A stretch of DNA of 54,448 nt, counting the filler, from Sphacelaria rigidula (lineage: Eukaryota): NCBI GenBank assembly GCA_964200075.2. It is 5 parts of 5 records of this genome, joined end to end, with 100 filler letters (N's around TTAATTAATTAA, not from the genome) between each part and the next. Parts side by side here need not be neighbours in the genome. Positions count along the whole stretch, not along the records: positions 1 to 10,811 come from CAXNAA020005870.1; 4 more parts are not named here. One strand, given 5' to 3'. The notes under the pieces are model-generated. The model was not told where the DNA came from, searched no databases, and saw only the letters and a list, made by a program, of their open reading frames with translations. This document shows, one piece after another, positions 1 to 10,911 of this stretch (position 1 is the stretch's first letter; every line of letters begins with the position of its first letter). A program made the translations under genes and the position numbers.

Positions 1-610
1 CCAGCGAGTGGAGTAGCTGCGCGCGTTCATCCCGTGTGCCTTGCATCAACACAACAGCAGCTGCAATATGCTCACACAGTCCGTAGCCATCGTTCGAGCC
101 ATCGCGCGGTGCAAACGGCCTCGTGGCGGGCGAGAAATGCGCCTCTTCTTGCGCACAGAGCCAAAATGTGGCCGTCCGGCTGGAGTGGTAAATAGTTATT
201 TACCACTCCAGCGAGTGGAGGAACTGCGCGCGTTCGTCCCATGTGCCTTGCATCAACACAACAGCAGCTGCAATATGCTCACACAGTCCGTAGCCATCGT
301 TCGAGCCATCGCGCGGTGCAAACGGCCTCGTGACGGGCGAGAAATGCGCCTGCTGCATGCAGTGCCAAAAAATGTGCCCCCCGGCCTGGAGTGGTGAATA
401 ACTATTTACAAGTCCAGCGACTGCGGAGAAACTGCACGCGTGCGTCCCATGTGCCTTGCATCGAAACAAGAGTAGCTGCAATACACTCCTACAGTCCACA
501 ACCATCGGTAAACCAAGCCGTTGTGAGGTGCAAGCGACCCCATGGCGGGCGCGAATCGCTCCCGTGTCTCACGGTGGAAATAAATACCAGTGCACCCGAC
601 TGGAGTTGGA
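1..610 (+). repeat. Tandem array of ~206-bp units separated by 32-34-bp palindromes (array A; about 3 units, third degenerate, truncated by window start)
   Basis: Unit start ccagcgagtgga recurs at 1 and ~208, with a degenerate third unit from ~414. Palindrome GCTGGAGTGGTAAATAGTTATTTACCACTCCAGC at 179-212 and a variant at 386-417. Confidence 0.9.
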
Positions 611-734
611 CATGGCTTTTGTCAAAAACACGCGACTCAGCAACTTGCAACTTGGATATGAGCTATGTTATGTGGGGGTTGGGTGCCGTGAGAGCACTTG
701 ATCATGTGGTCGGGGTTGACAGCGGCCGTGGTGT

Positions 735-1125
735 AGACAAGAACGCCAACAGGTGATTACCGCTAGTAAGTACATTTTCCCTGGATTGTTCCGCGATGCA
801 CTCAGTCAGGTTCTACGCAGGTTGAGCATGCATCTATAGCCTTCAATGAACCAGAAATGTAGACGCTATTCGGTTGTCTCGCGTCGTACCTTGTCAACGT
901 TGAGGACCGCTGCTACGAACTTCATCCACGCTTCACGTACATTGTCCACAGCCCGAGTCACCTTGGGAAACTGGGTGCGAAGTGCGGACTACGTGTACCA
1001 GCCGCAGCCCGTGTAAGGTGGCCCCGTGAGTCCACTTGTTGTGGCATGGGCGGGGTCCTCAACACACAACAACCAGTGACTCCATCTCCCACGGCTGCAG
1101 GAACTGCGAGTAAGCAGGTCATTGC
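735..1125 (-). pseudogene. Possible frameshifted Ulp1/C48-like cysteine protease relic
   Basis: Minus-strand fragments in correct order across frames: LLAVPAAVGD / HWLLCVED / QQVDS / EQSRENVLTSGNHLLAFL. This resembles the C48 pattern hhhPh..HWxLxV..D..Q.N..CG. The putative catalytic Cys reads Ser, and stops and frameshifts are present. Confidence 0.35.
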
Positions 1126-2013
1126 TGTATTTCTACTCCCCAAGGCTACGGCATCGTAATGCGGCTACCATGTTTTAGCGTGATAACGTACATAATCTAA
1201 TTTTGTTGCACAAGTTGCGTTGCATCTCGCATTTCCCGTAGCACCGCCGCAGGTTGTTGTGCTCGTGCAGAGGGCCAGTCAGCGATATGGCGGTGAACGA
1301 CGTATTCATGCGTGAGGTTGAGGTAGACCGCGAATTGAGAGGGGCTTTGATCATTTTATTCAACTCAGCCATTTTTTTCATTCCGTGTGTGCTTTTCTTC
1401 GCCTCCATCACAGCCGCGCGCGTACAGCTACACATCGATATCCTCTTCAGGGATATATCAAGGGCCGTAGTGGTCACCTATTACAGAATAAATATCGGGC
1501 CTCGTTGAGGGGCTTTCCGGAATTTGAACGATTCATTCACTAATTGACCGCTTTTCACTCTCGATCGTATCAGTCGTATCCTCTACTCTGAATTGCACGA
1601 CAATAATGTTGGGGGTCGACGAGAAGATGAGGGGTCGCGTCCGTATTGACAACGGTGGACAAATGCCGACGCCGAGGCTGTGCGTTCGCACACGCTCCCC
1701 CGCACTGTGTTCTCAGCCACATTTACTCCCTGAATATCCACCCCTGGTCTCTTTTTCTCTCCCCATCTCCCCGCTTGTCTGTCTCGGCCTCTCGAAGTCG
1801 CTCTGTTTGTGTACGCGTGTGTGCGTGTGTGTTTATTCCCTCCCGGTGTGCGAGCAATTCGTGGTTTGGTGCCTCGCTTCCATCACTGTCGGGCGTGTGA
1901 GCTGAAATTGAGCAGCCGCATTCTATTTCCACGACTGTGAATTTCAATGTATCGAGTAAGGGGCATTGTTTCGCCGCACGACCTTTAATACGGAATTTTA
2001 TAAATTGGGAATT

Positions 2014-2382
2014 AATTTTTATTGGGTATCGGAGCTTAAAATCTCCGTATTCACGCCAAATATTCGAAACATGGTTCCATTTCTTCACCTACTGGTAGCT
2101 ATTGACAACTACTACACGCCATTGAAATTTGGATCTCGAAAACCGAAACATTGGGGTCCCAGAGATGAAAGACCAATTTCGGGGCATTTCGGCGATCCGA
2201 ACGGACGCCGAAATTGGTTCATCACCTGGGACCCCAACGTTTCGGTTTTCGAATTCCAAATTTGTATGGCGTGTAGTGGTTGTCAACAGCTACCAGTAGG
2301 TGAAGAAATGGAGCCATAGTTTGAAGATTTGGCGTGGATACCAAGATTTGAATTCTCCCGGCGCAGATAACCAATAAAAAAA
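2014..2382. repeat. Long imperfect palindrome / foldback element (~370 bp)
   Basis: The left arm (e.g. ccatttcttcacctactggtagct; tcgaaaaccgaaacattggggtccca at 2136-2161) pairs with the right arm (tgggaccccaacgtttcggttttcga at 2227-2252; agctaccagtaggtgaagaaatgg). Centre is near 2195. Confidence 0.85.
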
Positions 2383-3089
2383 TCATACCACATATGTAAA
2401 ACCCCGTCTTCTTTCCTGTCTACTGACGGATCCGGCCATTCCCACTTCTGTTTCCCTTCGTTCGCATTATTTCCAGTGTAAACCATCCGATCTGTTCAAG
2501 GGGGCGTATCTTACCGTCCGCCTCGGGTGCGTATATGATGTGGGCACTGTTACAGTCATGATTGCTGACTTCATGAGCGAAACCACTACGGGAGCCGTGC
2601 TACAAATCGTCCATCACTCCACCAGCACAAGGGTTACCGACTGTTACAGACGCACATTTCGATGCCGACATGGGTATATGAAAACACCGACACACACACT
2701 GGTACGCACGCGCCTTAATAATGCGCGATAGGGTGATTGGCTCTGCAAACAGCGAAGTGGCTGGCCAGCGGAAATCTAGTTGGCGGTCGCCGTTACGAAG
2801 ACGCTTACAAACGTGCACGGGAGGGAGCGCAACATCCTCGTTGAGCCGGCTAGCAATCGGGCGAGAAAAAGGGAAATATACATGCATTAGTCCGCGTACG
2901 TCATATCCCGGTGGCTTCAAAGAAACCTATCGGCACGCGGTACGTGCTACAAGGATGATGACCTCCTGTTTCCACGATCACTCGTGAGCAAACCTCCCAC
3001 AGTAGTCAAACATGTTTGAAAGGGACACTGCCAATACGAAGGACCACCGAAGTCCAGCATGCCGCATTCGTCCGATTACGCTCTGACGG

Positions 3090-3775
3090 TTAAAGATTAC
3101 GAGGCGCGTCGGTCTTCGGCCGTTGTCTTCGACGACCTCCTCGCGTCTCTATTGAATCTCTGTGCCGTAAGGCGAATTGTTGCGTGTACACCCCCGGTTG
3201 AGACATATGCCGCAGCTGGCGCAGGAACATCAACCGTGCGGTGTCCCTTGACTCGACAGCAAGGCCTTCTTTCTCGCTGACGGAGACGATCCATCCCGAC
3301 TTCTCCAGGCCTTCCCTGACTTCCTCCACGTCCTTGCCCCAGTCTCCGAAGAAGTCGTACTGATCGCCAAGGAACAACTCCATGAACCTGAGCCCTGTGA
3401 TCACAATCGCAAGCCTCAGCTTCTTCGCCAGCCGTAAGATAGTCTTCTTGCTGTCTCCCCTTCCCCCTTTCCTGACTATCAAAGTGGAAACGGAATTAAT
3501 AAAACAATCGCCATTGCCGAGGGCCTGAAAAGCTGAGCCCACTCCGCCGCCGTCTTCCGGGTGTGCCCCTCTCAAGAGGGCCTCGGTGACCTTATCCACC
3601 TGGACTCCCTTGTCCAGAATATCGTGCTTGGTCTGCACAACGCGTATGTCGAGATTCGCATCACAATGGGCATGGAGTTGAGAGGAGGTTCGCCCGAAAA
3701 ACGCCGATGCAGTGGGGGCGAGTTCCCGGGGATTCTACATCCTGCCATGAAGTGGCGTCCTTGATGCAGGTACGT
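3090..3775 (-). pseudogene. Frameshifted OTU-like cysteine protease, Vertnin-like
   Basis: ORF 3090..3638 has VQVDKVTEALL..HPED..ALGNGDCFINSVSTLI..LRLAIV..MFLRQLRHMSQPGVYTQQF, then LTAQRFNRD in a shifted frame. The OTU Cys motif and spacing match my recollection of the Vertnin OTU-like domain. An upstream stop/frameshift lies near 3735. Confidence 0.6.
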
Positions 3776-5500
3776 ATGTGAGCCAATCCGGTGCCTGTGG
3801 CACCACCTCGCTCGAGAAATAAGCGTTGCACCGTGGACCGAGGCGCTGTCGAAAAGATATTTTGATGGATGCATCAGATCATCCCTGTCTAGAGATGTGG
3901 TGCATATTAAGGTCCCATGCAAACCCTCGACATAGTACGAGCCGGATCACACATGCACTTCATGTGGGTTCTGCCCATCAGTTGTGGGACGTGGTTTCAA
4001 AAAGTGTGGAAAATTGTGTCGGCATAATGAAACAAGAAGATTTGAGACATCGAGGCTCTTCTTTTTTGTTCGTGAGTTCGAGCCGAGTATTGTCACCGTA
4101 GGGGCGCCACTTGTCGGTCTAAATATTTACTGAGACTGCACAGTAAGTCGTATATATATATATTCGTCAATATCATTAACGAGCGTCGTGGTCAACACAG
4201 AAGATGCGCAACCGACCATGAAGTAACTTTGTTACCTGCGAGCAAGGCCAGCTGTCTCACATACAAATCCCGGAACAACATTTATCAGGTTTCCAAAGTC
4301 GTCCGGGGTAAGTACATTGCTGCGAACCCGAGACGCACGTGGTCGTGCCCTCTCTGCCACTGAAGTCCCCGAAGGGAAGACAAAATGTACCGCGCAACAT
4401 GGAACCTCGACTTCCGCCGAAAATGAGAAGGTGTACATGTCTGTATTCTCACTAGTTGGCGCCGAAACGGGAGTCTCACTTGTCGCATCGATCGCCGGAG
4501 CTTCGTGGCGTCTCTCCTACGAGTTGCATGCGCAACCCAAGGACACGGAAGTTGATCCGAATTTGTCTACGACTTTCTTCTGTATGCGAAAAAGGCATCC
4601 ATAGGGATGATCGCCTGCAGCAACCTGCAGCAATCCCCGTTGGTATTCGCGTGGGGTAATCTGTCCCCCCCCCCCCGAGTTTCTAATCGCCCCAATATCC
4701 ATTCCCCCCCCCCTCTCAATATCAGTTGCTGCGGCTACGTCCTGCAGATTGACAACGTAGATTTCGCTTCGACATATCATCTCCCAACTCCTTATATGAA
4801 GCTTCGACCTATAGGTCCCAAGATAAACCTGCGCGTGGCTGTCAAACCACTGATAGAAACCATAGCCTGGTCCAGGTCAGAGCTCACGCGATGAGTGGCG
4901 TGTTCAACAGCGCGGTGGTGACTAAACAACGCCGGTGGCGACCGGCGCCAACCCTTGGGACGAGGGGGGGCGGGCGGGAGTAGGCTCTGTTCGGTGGATG
5001 GGGATGGCATACCGCAAAAATGAACATACCATTTTCTCTACCGTGGCAAGGGGGTACTATTTCCCGTACTACAGTGTACCGTACTAGGCATAGCACTTCA
5101 TGCACGTTTCTCCACTGTCTGCCTGCACCTCTATTTTGACAGCTATGAAGTCTCCATTTTCGCGCGACTGGTGGGTGGTCCGATTGTGGCATGCATGACT
5201 CCTGTTTGCTTTGCCCAGAGAGGGGTGTTGTGCTCCGTATAATATCATATTGTGCACAACTTGCGAGGGGGTTTATATCCCGTACACTGCCGTACTTCCA
5301 GCGAGCGCGTCATGCACTTTGCTCGACGTTGACGCGGGCGCTACAGCTGCCACAATCATGCGGAACAATTGGCTGTATTGCATTCTCTTCCACATGCACC
5401 TGTTGGTAATCGTAACCCCATCTAAACGGTCATACTATCGCGAAATTGTCACGCCGTGGCCCGCAGTCCGGTTCGATATCTGAGCCATGCACGCCTCGTG

Positions 5501-6222
5501 TGCGTACCGTACCGCAACTGTATGGAGAATGCGACGCCCATACCAACAACCGTTCCTCACATCTGTACCTGGCATATTGGCTCGGTCAACTCGCCGCCTA
5601 TAGGGTTTGCCTGCTGCTTCGCCCACTCCTTTGCTTTCGCCAGGTCAGGGTTGTGCACAATTATGCCGTTGGGTGACTGAGTGCATGGAGGTCGCTCCAC
5701 GAAAGCCAGAACTTTTCTGCACTTCCTCAGTGACTTGTCAGCAGGATCTACCGTCAAGTGCCCCATGGTGTCCATAGTGTCGTCGCTGTCACCCCTTGTG
5801 CTATTATTCTCTGGCGATACGTCTGTGACCACGGGTTCGCGAGATCGGACTAATGTGCGGAAATAATAATAATAAGAAGAATAACGCTTCGTGGGAGCTC
5901 TACGTGACGGGAAAGCGGGTGGCCGTGCTTCCTCACGCAAAGTTGATCGGTCGGTATCTTACCTGCAGTCGCTGGAGTGGTAAATAGTTATTCACCACTC
6001 CAGTCCGGGGGGCACATTTTTGGCACTGCATGCAGCAGGCGCATTTCTCGCACGCCACGAGACCGTTTGCACCGCGCGATGGCTCGACCGATGGCTACGG
6101 ACTGTGTGAGCATATTGCAGCTGCTGTTGTGTTGATGCAAGGCACATGGGACGAACGCGCGCAGCTACTCCACCCGCTGTAGTGGTAAATAGATATTTAC
6201 CACTCGCGAGTTGTGAATAGCC
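5501..6222 (-). repeat. Left arm of long inverted duplication, including palindrome array B (one unit, two palindromes)
   Basis: Reverse complement of 9381-10244. Palindromes at ~5971-6003 and ~6176-6208. The same peptide PENNSTRGDSDDTMDTMGHLTVDPADK appears in ORFs 5557..5940(-) and 9874..10188(+). Confidence 0.92.
5822..5886 (+). mobile_element. ~65-bp 5'-truncated non-LTR retrotransposon 3' end with (TAA)n-like tail
   Basis: tctgtgaccacgggttcgcgagatcggactaatgtgcggaaataataataataagaagaataacg is absent from the other arm (empty site aagcgtatcgccagag at 9921-9936). It is homologous to the insert at 25151-25310. Confidence 0.7.
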
Positions 6223-6698
6223 TCACCCTAAAACTAATATAAAATAATTGGTAACGACAACGGGCACAACACCTCCAGATGAATTGGACAACTGGCGCTC
6301 TCGTAGCCATTTCCAGTTTAACTCCAGTTACAATGAAGATACACAATATTTACTGGTCCACTTCCCAGCCCATTTTATGTATGTGTTCAGTGTACTTTCC
6401 CGCAGGAGTTGACATTACCCATTTTCAGCCCACGATTCAACACACATGGGGAACGGGGCGCTAGAAGGGGACCTCCCACCTTCTTCGTGTCAACACAATA
6501 CAACACACTCCTACACGCTCTACTTGCTTGTATAGAATGCCACAGTTACTAACGGGCCGGTGGTTTTCTCACTGTAAGTTCATCAAGGAGTAACCTGATA
6601 GCCGAAATCAACCGATTACCCCACTTCCCTCCTTTCCCACCTATTTGAAATCGTTGCTTGCAGTACCCGTTCGTCACGCATTCGCTCACACTACAACT

Positions 6699-7369
6699 AT
6701 GTTTCCTTCCGTACTTTCCTCGCTGAACTTTCCGCAACCGTCCCTTCATCCTTCTCCCGATTCGTTCGACACCGACATCGACAAGTGCTCCGTGTGCACT
6801 ACCCACGTGTCTGTACCCCAGGAGACAAAGGGAGCCAGTCCCGAAGGGCACCGCGAAACAGGTCCCCTTCCTCTGCCTTGCGTGTGGCGTGGACATCGGG
6901 GTCAGCACTCCATATCACCGCATGGCCGACCCCAACGGCGGTAAAGACAGGGTATACGCCCACGCCGACGGCCTCACCTGCGCAAAGACCCTCGTCAAAG
7001 CGGATGAGAGCAGTTCTCACCCTTGCTACGAATGCAGAGCCACCCCTGCCTGAAAACCCTGTTTGACCTGTCGGCGGAGGATCATGGCCCAGACTTTATA
7101 ACGTGTCATGATTGCTTCTACGACACCCGTGTCGAGCTCCTGTCGGATTTCCAACGTCACTTGTTGCGGGAGAAAGAGGCGTTTGCCTCGAGAACGACAA
7201 CTTCACACCTCGGAAAGTACCGTGGGTCAATTCTTTCGCCCGCTCTCCTCCCGGAGGCGACGCCGTGACGCCACCAAGCAAAACCGACCCTCCACCCGAA
7301 AAGAAAAAACCTAATCCTACACGACCGGGTACCCGACCCGCGGCCACCAGGAGCGGAGCCGGAAACTGA
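6699..7369 (+). pseudogene. Frameshifted intronless Cys-rich (multiple CxxC) zinc-finger-like relic
   Basis: Mosaic over frames: MFPS..DKCSVC / FLCLACGVDIG..YAHADGLTC..HPCYEC / FITCHDCFYD / Pro-Lys-rich tail. Confidence 0.4.
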
Positions 7370-9380
7370 ACCACCGTTTACGGTAAGTACCACAACTACA
7401 CATTCCTTTTCCCCGTTCAACCCCCTCTCCACCATGTGTAGTCCGATTTTTATCCTGCCCTCTGCCTCGTTCAATGCTTGCTTTCATCGGTGGCAGCCTT
7501 TTTTTTCTTTCAACATGCGTTAGTGCAATCTTTAGCCTGCACGCTAGTTCACGTCTCTTCGGCCCTTTACTTTGCCCCTTGCCTACCTTCTTTCTTTCGT
7601 GATGCGTTCCAAAACCAGATGCCTACACTCGGAACGTGACATACTTCGTTACATCCGACATCATCCATGTCGGCTTCCGGCAGCGTCTGTGACGTTTTAG
7701 CGGCATCCTTTCTACTTATTTTGGGCTCCGGTGCTTCCGGCGTTTTGTCGTCTTCTGTACAGTAATGTGGTCAAATCAACTTCTCCCCGGTGCTTTTGGG
7801 GGCAAAGATTGGGGTGGATCAGGAGTGTCCTATGTTCTATATCGCCTTAGTTTGAGAGTATTTCCTATACATGACGAATTTTCTGCTTCTAGGGCAGGAA
7901 GATTTGAGTTTCTCTAACTTGGTTCAGCTCTGGGTAGTTACACCAAACTTGAAATATCATAGGGTGATCAACTCACTTGATGTTGACTTGAGCCAAGTCA
8001 GCTGATGCTTCGGTGATAAAGCTATTTCCTCATTTCCCTGTACCTGGGATCTTTTCCAATATTACTAGGTCTATCGCGGGATGGTTCTCGCTGCCTGCGA
8101 TATGTTGATTCCTGCGATTGCTGTTGTTGCACGGGTATGCAGCAGTAGGTGGTAATTTGGTCGTCTAGGTCGCACGCCGGTAACTTGTAAGCTTGCAGTG
8201 TGTTCCTTGTAGTTCGATCGGTTTATGCGGGCTCGTTCTTTTCGTGTACCGTCTTTGTGTAAAGGCATCCTCTGCCAGCTCTTGGATTTATGATCATGGG
8301 TGGTAGGCTCCTTGCACCCCGTGACGACGGGTCGGAGAGAAAGAACTCATGTTTTCAAGGAGTTGAGCTAATGTGACGAAAGCTCTTCGAATAGCAGATG
8401 ACAATACCCCGCCGGTGGGAGTTGAGGTGCAACGTGCCCGTGCCATGTCTTGCGCACAGATTACACCCGCGTGCCGTGCCTTTCCCGCCTTTCCGTAAAA
8501 ATAAAAGGATCGTCAAAGGACGAGCACGGCGCCTAAACTAATCGCGGTGCTATCAACAATGAACAGCGGATCCTGCAAAATGAGGCTCATCTCAAAAATG
8601 AGGTTTAAGTGGTATATCCTTTTTGCAGGGACGACGCGATACAGTAGCACAGAGCGAAACCATATCTCCCCCCCAAACTCCGCAACTGTGAATCATCAGT
8701 TGTGGCTAAGTGCACCGAACGACTGCGGTGTACACGCGTGTCGATGACAATATCACTAGAGAGAGAAGCAACGACAGAGAGGAAGATCCTCGCCCGTGTC
8801 CTGTGTGTGCCCTCGCTGGACGATTACCAATCGCTCGAGAGACTGGCATCATGTACGTTACCAGCACGTGCCGAATTTCTCATGTGCCTGTAGGTATCCC
8901 CAAAGACATCGAGCTGCGGAGAGATTTCGTCTCTTTGTCTGTGGAGGTCACCAATGCGAAGATCGATTTCTCTCTGCCTCTCTTTTTGGACAGGACGCGC
9001 TTCTTTGCGCTGAAAAACTGGGCAATATTCCCGTCACCGCTACTACTATTTTCTGTCACACACATGGCAGCAAGGAAGGTGCGCTGCGCGGCAAAAATAA
9101 CAGATGATCCAATTTGAACTTGGGGTGTGTGATTCATCGTTGATTTTACCCGACATGAGCACAAGAGCCTGCCACAGGCCAGTTGGGGTCTGTGTGTGAG
9201 AGAGATCAAAAACTTGTGGATACTTTCTGGACATGCGAAGTGGCAAAAAATACCTAGGGTGGTGACCTAACTGTTGCTAGCGTGGTGCAGAGGGGTGGTC
9301 AGCTGCAATCTGGAGCTTTCGTTGCTCTACTCTACTGGCTTCCGTCTGCACAGCTAGCAAGAACAGGTTACTATACATTC

Positions 9381-10244
9381 GGCTGTTTACAACTCGCGAG
9401 TGGTAAATATCTATTTACAACTCCAGCGAGTGGAGTAGCTGCGCGCGTTCGACCCGTGTGCCTCGCATCAACACAACAGCAGCTGAAATATGCTGAGACA
9501 GTCCGTAGCCATCGTTCGAGCCATCGCGCGGTGCAAACGGCCTCGTGGCGGGCGAGAAATGCGCCTGCTGCAAACAGTGCCAAAAATGTGGCCGTCCGAC
9601 TGGAGTGGTAAATAGTTATTTACCACTCCAGCGGGTGGAGTAGCTGCGCGCGTTCGTCCCATGTGCCTTGCATCAACACAAAAGCAGCTGCAATATGCTC
9701 ACACAGTCTGTAGCCATCGGTCGAGCCGTCGCGCAGTGCAAACGGCCTCGTGGCGGGCGAGAAATGCGCCTGCTGCATGCAGTGCCAAAAATGTGCCCCC
9801 CGGACTGGAGTGGTGAACAACTATTTACCACTCCAGCGACTGCGGGTAAGATAACGACAGATCAATATTTTGCGTGAGGAAGCACGGCCACCCGCTTTCC
9901 CATCACATAGAGCTGCCACAAAGCGTATCGCCAGAGAATAATAGCACAAGGGGTGACAGCGACGACACTATGGACACCATGGGGCACTTGACGGTAGATC
10001 CTGCTGACAAGTCACTGAGGAAGTGCAGAAAAGTTCTGGCTTTCGTGGAGCGACCTCCAGGCACTCAGTCACCCAACGGCATAACTGTGCACAACCCTGA
10101 CCTGGCGAAAGCAAAGGAGTGGGCGAAGCAGCAGGCAAACCCTACAGGCGGCGAGTTGACCGGGCCAATATGCCAGGTACAGATGTGAGGAACGGTTGTT
10201 GGTATGGGCGTCGCATTCTCCATACAGTTGCGGTACGGTACGCA
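9381..10244 (+). repeat. Right arm of long inverted duplication, including palindrome array C (two units, three palindromes)
   Basis: Palindromes at ~9395-9426, 9600-9631 and ~9805-9836. Units match array A; the remainder is the reverse complement of 5501-5960. Confidence 0.92.
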
Positions 10245-10811
10245 TGTTATGGTACGATACTCACCACCTAGGTAGGAAGGTGCCAGTTCAGCGGGCCTCT
10301 GGGCTAGCGGGCTCAAACACAATCATGAGGATCGAAGCCATCGAGCTCGACTTTACCGAGTGCAGAGCCAGTCATGTTCGCAGCGTCGGGCTGCAGACCC
10401 GATGAGCCGCTCAGAGGCCAGAACAACATATGTTGCATGAAGGTCAGGCTTACATTTGTGAAGACCAGAGAATCCTCTGAGATAGCAGTCTGTGATGGCG
10501 TAGATGCTCTTGTATTATTGGCGTACAGGCTAACTTGTGCTTTGCTAGTTGAGGCGCATAGTCCAAAACGCTGTAATACGGGGGGCAGGCTGCTCAATCC
10601 GGTCGTACGATGTAGTATGACCCATAAGGTACCAAGCATGACAAAGTATGACAAAGTATGACACATGGACCCTAGTGGACTGGAAAATGACCAATAAATC
10701 TGTAACACCCCCCTAGCCATATTTATATGGCTAAAGAGTCATCCTACGATAGGGGGGGGGGGGTATTTGGTTGTACGAAAAAAGAGACTCATAAGTGTGT
10801 CAGACATCCTT

Positions 10812-10911
10812 NNNNNNNNNNNNNNNNNNNNNNNNNNNNNNNNNNNNNNNNNNNNTTAATTAATTAANNNNNNNNNNNNNNNNNNNNNNNNNNNNNNNNN
10901 NNNNNNNNNNN
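10812..10911. other. Artificial contig linker (N44-TTAATTAATTAA-N44)
   Basis: Identical 100-bp linker occurs four times; it has stops in all six frames. Confidence 0.98.

Noticed and set aside
1-610. CRISPR-like array (palindromic ~32-bp repeats)
   Set aside because: The intervening ~175-bp segments are copies of each other rather than unique spacers. No cas genes are present and the context is eukaryotic.
6223-9380. Tyrosine recombinase or transposase in the core between the inverted arms
   Set aside because: Partial manual translation showed only stop-riddled fragments, with no recognisable R..HxxR..Y or DDE motifs.
10856-10867. TTAATTAATTAA as a regulatory motif
   Set aside because: It is part of the artificial linker, repeated identically four times.
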